Below, piece by piece: positions 60,835 to 64,000 of a stretch of DNA of 64,000 nt. The position numbers and the translations under genes were made by a program. The notes under the pieces were generated by a model that saw nothing but the letters and a program-made list of their open reading frames with translations, did not search any database and was not told the origin of the DNA. Within the stretch, counting starts at the first letter, position 1; each line of letters begins with the position of its first letter. The stretch is from an uncultured Gammaproteobacteria bacterium. GTDB lineage: Bacteria > Pseudomonadota > Gammaproteobacteria > Steroidobacterales > Foliamicaceae. The stretch spans positions 515,191 to 579,190 of the forward strand of contig OX639965.1 of assembly GCA_951828235.1 (NCBI GenBank). The letters run 5' to 3'.

Positions 60835-61635
60835 TCAGTCCGTCCCCAGTTTCGCGCCGAACTGAATGACGGCGTCGGCGAATGCCCCGGCCCGCTCCAG
60901 GTGCGCGTAGTGTCCGGCGTCCGCGATCGTGGCCAGTTCGGACGCGGGCAATGCGTCCAGGAAACGCTCGGCGACCGCCGGCGGCGTAATGACATCGTTC
61001 GCGCCCCACACCAGCAGGGCAGGATTCGAATAGCGCGCCAGCGCCGGCAGCAGGGACCGGTCGTGCATGTACGGCTTGAAGCCGAGCAGGGCCGACAGTT
61101 CCATCACTTCCAGGTCCTGGGTCACGGCGTCATCGTCGAATTCGCCTGCCCAAAGGTCCTGAAATACCCCGGAGCGGGCGTCGTTGTAACCGAAGGAAAT
61201 GTATCGGCGGTACGGCATCAGGAACAGGTCCGGCGTATTCATGTCCCCGGTGGCCGTGCCCTGCGAACCGGCCAGTACCAGCCCTGCGAACCGGGCGGGC
61301 TCCATCGAAGCCATTTCCGCCGCGATCCACCCGCCCATGGAAACCCCGCCCAGGATGCACTCGCGAACGCCGCCGTCGTCGAGAGCGGCCAGCAGGACCT
61401 TCGCCATGTCGGGAACCCCGTTCACCCAATCGGGCAACTCCGACGCGCCGATGCCGGGCAGGGTCGGCGCCATTACCGTGAAGCGCTCCGCCAGGCGCGC
61501 ATGGTGCGGCAGCCAGCCGCGCTGGCCCTCTTCGCCGTGCAGCCAGACGAGCGTCGGACCGTTCCCTCCCCGGAGGACTTCCAGCGGAGCAAGGCCCGTC
61601 AGCGTGACGCGTGCATGCTGGTCGGAATCGTTCAT
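60835..61635 (-). CDS. Alpha/beta hydrolase
   Basis: WLHGEEG, PTLPGIG, GVSMGG, WGAND, AGHY; start uncertain. Confidence 0.87.
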   Translation of the reverse strand: MNDSDQHARVTLTGLAPLEVLRGGNGPTLVWLHGEEGQRGWLPHHARLAERFTVMAPTLPGIGASELPDWVNGVPDMAKVLLAALDDGGVRECILGGVSMGGWIAAEMASMEPARFAGLVLAGSQGTATGDMNTPDLFLMPYRRYISFGYNDARSGVFQDLWAGEFDDDAVTQDLEVMELSALLGFKPYMHDRSLLPALARYSNPALLVWGANDVITPPAVAERFLDALPASELATIADAGHYAHLERAGAFADAVIQFGAKLGTD

Positions 61636-61752
61636 GAATGGATGCCAAAACCCCTCCGCCGCGTAATGTAGCCCTTTTGACCGGCTGAACGCCACTTTGT
61701 CGGCTGCATCGGCAAGGGGCCGGGGTGGACGGCGGTGTAAAATATTCGGCTT

Positions 61753-62049
61753 ATGACTGATGACACCAGCGTCATGCCGGCAGCCCGGCCTTTTGAGATC
61801 GTCGCCCTGGAACAGACCGCATCTCCGGATGGCTCCGACGCCGATGACTGGTATCGCTACGAGTTGACCCAGGGAACAACCACCATTACGGGCTACAAGC
61901 AGGGCGACGCCGACGAGGTGCGCGAAGAAGTCACCAGTCTTGTCTCAAGATTGAACGAGCGGCGCGCCGGCAAGACCAGCCGCGTGCACCTGACTCGGAT
62001 CGGCCGCAAGAGCCAGGCCCGGGCGCAGGCGACCAGCCGCAAGAACTGA
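61753..62049 (+). CDS. Hypothetical protein (98 aa)
   Basis: Fills the intergenic gap; TAAAAT-N9-ATG; DWYRYEL.Q, RLNERRAG; basic tail. Confidence 0.65.
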   Translation: MTDDTSVMPAARPFEIVALEQTASPDGSDADDWYRYELTQGTTTITGYKQGDADEVREEVTSLVSRLNERRAGKTSRVHLTRIGRKSQARAQATSRKN

Positions 62050-62074
62050 AAATCGCCAGGGAGCAGCGCTCGGC

Positions 62075-63013
62075 ATGTCCGTTGATATTCTCGTAAGCGA
62101 AGTGGGGCCGCGCGACGGCCTGCAGAGCCTCGACTTGATCATGTCCACCGAGGCCAAGAAAGCCTGGATCAGGGCCGAGGCCGCCGCGGGCGTGCCCGAA
62201 ATCGAAGTGGGTTCCTTCGTTCCGCCCAAGCTCCTGCCCCAGATGGCCGACTGCGAGGAACTGGTGCGCTACGCCGTGACCATCCCCGGCCTGCACGTCA
62301 CCACGCTGGCGCCGAACCTCAAGGGCGTGGAGCGGGCGGTCGCCGCCGGTACGCACAAGGTGAGCATTCCGGTCTCCGCCAGCGAGACGCACAGCAAGGC
62401 GAACGTGCGCAAGAACCACGCGGAAATGCTGGAGGAGGTCCGGCGCATCAACGAGATGCTCGACGAACTTCCCGAGGAGCGCCGCCCGATCTTCGAGGCC
62501 GGAATCGCCACCGCCTTCGGCTGCACCATGGAAGGCCCCGTCCCCGAGAGCAAGGTGCTGGAGCTGGCCCATGCGCTGGTCGAGGCGGGTTGCCGGGAAG
62601 TCGGGCTGTCCGACACCACCGGCTACGCGAACCCCGCGCAGATCCGGCGGCTGGTGCGCATGGTGCGGTCCGAGATCGGCGAGGAGAAGCTCACCGGCGT
62701 GCATCTTCACAACACGCGCGGCCTGGGACTGGCCAACGCCATGGCGGCGCTGGAAGAAGGCATCACCACGCTGGACAGCTCGCTGGGCGGCATCGGCGGT
62801 TGTCCGTTCGCCCCCGGCGCCAGCGGCAACATCGTCACCGAGGACCTGGTGTTCATGCTGGAGTCCATGGGACTGAAAACCGGCATCGACCTCGACCGGC
62901 TGCTGAAGGTGCGCGACGTGGTCAACGAAGCGCTGCCGAGCACCGAGATGTATGGCTTTACTCCGGAAGCCGGCCTGCCCCTGGGCTTTCGCCCCGGCTG
63001 GGGAACCGCCTAG
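62075..63013 (+). CDS. Hydroxymethylglutaryl-CoA lyase family protein
   Basis: EVGPRDGLQ, LSDTTG, HLHNTRG, GGCPFAPGASGN. Confidence 0.93.
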   Translation: MSVDILVSEVGPRDGLQSLDLIMSTEAKKAWIRAEAAAGVPEIEVGSFVPPKLLPQMADCEELVRYAVTIPGLHVTTLAPNLKGVERAVAAGTHKVSIPVSASETHSKANVRKNHAEMLEEVRRINEMLDELPEERRPIFEAGIATAFGCTMEGPVPESKVLELAHALVEAGCREVGLSDTTGYANPAQIRRLVRMVRSEIGEEKLTGVHLHNTRGLGLANAMAALEEGITTLDSSLGGIGGCPFAPGASGNIVTEDLVFMLESMGLKTGIDLDRLLKVRDVVNEALPSTEMYGFTPEAGLPLGFRPGWGTA

Positions 63014-63035
63014 GCGCGTATATCCGGCCGCCGGG

Positions 63036-64000
63036 TTACGGGAGTTCGGTTGATCCCATGAGGTAGCGGTCGATTTCGCGGGCGGCCTCGCGGCCTTCGT
63101 TGATCGCGTTCACCACCAGCGATTGACCCCGGCGGCAGTCGCCGGCGGCGAATATGTTTTCCACGCTGGTCTGGTACTTCCCATAGTCGGCCCGGTAGTT
63201 GCCGCGCGCGTCATAGGCCAGGTCCAGCGGATCGGAGACGGCGTGTTCCGGGCGCAGAAAACCCATGGCCAGGAACACAAGATCGGCCGGCCATTCCCGT
63301 TCGCTGCCGGGCACGTTCTCGAACTTGCCGTCCTTCAATTGGACGTCGACGGTGCGGATACCGGAAACCCGCCCATTCGCATTCGCCACGAATTCCGTTG
63401 ACGAAATCAGGTAAACGCGCGGGTCCTTGCCGAACTTGACCGCGGATTCCTCGTGGCCGTATTCGGTGCGAAAGATCACCGGCCAGGTGGGCCAGGGATT
63501 GTTCGACGCCCGCGACGCCGGCGGCTGCGGGAGCAATTCAAAGTTGACCAGGCTACTGCAGTCGTGGCGAAGCGCCGTGCCGATGCAGTCGGTACCCGTG
63601 TCGCCGCCGCCGATCACGATCACGTCCTTGTCTTTCGCGGAAATGTAGTTGCCGTCGGCGAGATTGGAGTCCAGCAGGCTGCGGGTGTTCTGCGTCAGGA
63701 AGTCCATGGCGAAGTGCACGCCATCGAGCTCGCGCCCGGGGATCGGCAGGTCGCGTGGAACGGTGGCCCCGGTCGCCAGCAGCACGGCGTCGAATTCCTT
63801 CGCCAGGCCGCGGACGTCGATGGAGCCGCCGCTGCCGTCGCCGACGGCCGCATTGACAAGGAACTCCACGCCCTCCTGCCGCATGATGTCGAGGCGCCGA
63901 TCGACGATTTCCGTCTTGTCGAGCTTCATGTTGGGGATGCCGTAGGTCAAAAGGCCGCCGATGCGGTCGGCGCGCTCATGCACTACGGCTATGTGGCCGG
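63036..64000 (-). CDS. gltD: Glutamate synthase small subunit, 3' part (5' end outside the window)
   Basis: [32 protein letters not shown]. Confidence 0.95.
   Translation of the reverse strand, partial: GHIAVVHERADRIGGLLTYGIPNMKLDKTEIVDRRLDIMRQEGVEFLVNAAVGDGSGGSIDVRGLAKEFDAVLLATGATVPRDLPIPGRELDGVHFAMDFLTQNTRSLLDSNLADGNYISAKDKDVIVIGGGDTGTDCIGTALRHDCSSLVNFELLPQPPASRASNNPWPTWPVIFRTEYGHEESAVKFGKDPRVYLISSTEFVANANGRVSGIRTVDVQLKDGKFENVPGSEREWPADLVFLAMGFLRPEHAVSDPLDLAYDARGNYRADYGKYQTSVENIFAAGDCRRGQSLVVNAINEGREAAREIDRYLMGSTELP

Overview
High-GC, gene-dense bacterial window. Gene order and content (yhdP-nit-tldD, leuS-lptE...holA-nadD-rsfS, TonB receptor, FlhD/FlhC-like pair) suggest a Gammaproteobacterium with a mosaic gene set; this is an inference from recalled family motifs, with no database search. 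From left to right: (1) a minus-strand run joining an aldehyde dehydrogenase, a VOC protein and DUF485/ActP-like symporter to bioB-bioF-peroxiredoxin-bioD-bioA; (2) a DUF1640-like coiled-coil gene with 33-bp tandem repeats; (3) a TPP-riboswitch-controlled thiamine uptake operon; (4) a long housekeeping operon from leuS to pmbA with inserted genes; (5) acyl-CoA dehydrogenase pair and ferredoxin; (6) a binding protein / output-less HAMP protein / OFA-MFS trio; (7) tRNA-Ile2(CAT); (8) a divergent tandem-FlhD-like / FlhC-like pair; (9) a 266-bp MITE-like element; (10) a catabolic region including a Tat-exported ThDP enzyme coupled to a cytochrome c, plus vapBC; (11) partial gltD. A REP-like palindrome occurs four times, once in frame inside cysS. 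Best candidates for undescribed systems: the tandem-FlhD/FlhC regulator outside any flagellar or ICE context, the periplasmic ThDP enzyme-cytochrome c pair, and the SBP-HAMP-MFS module.
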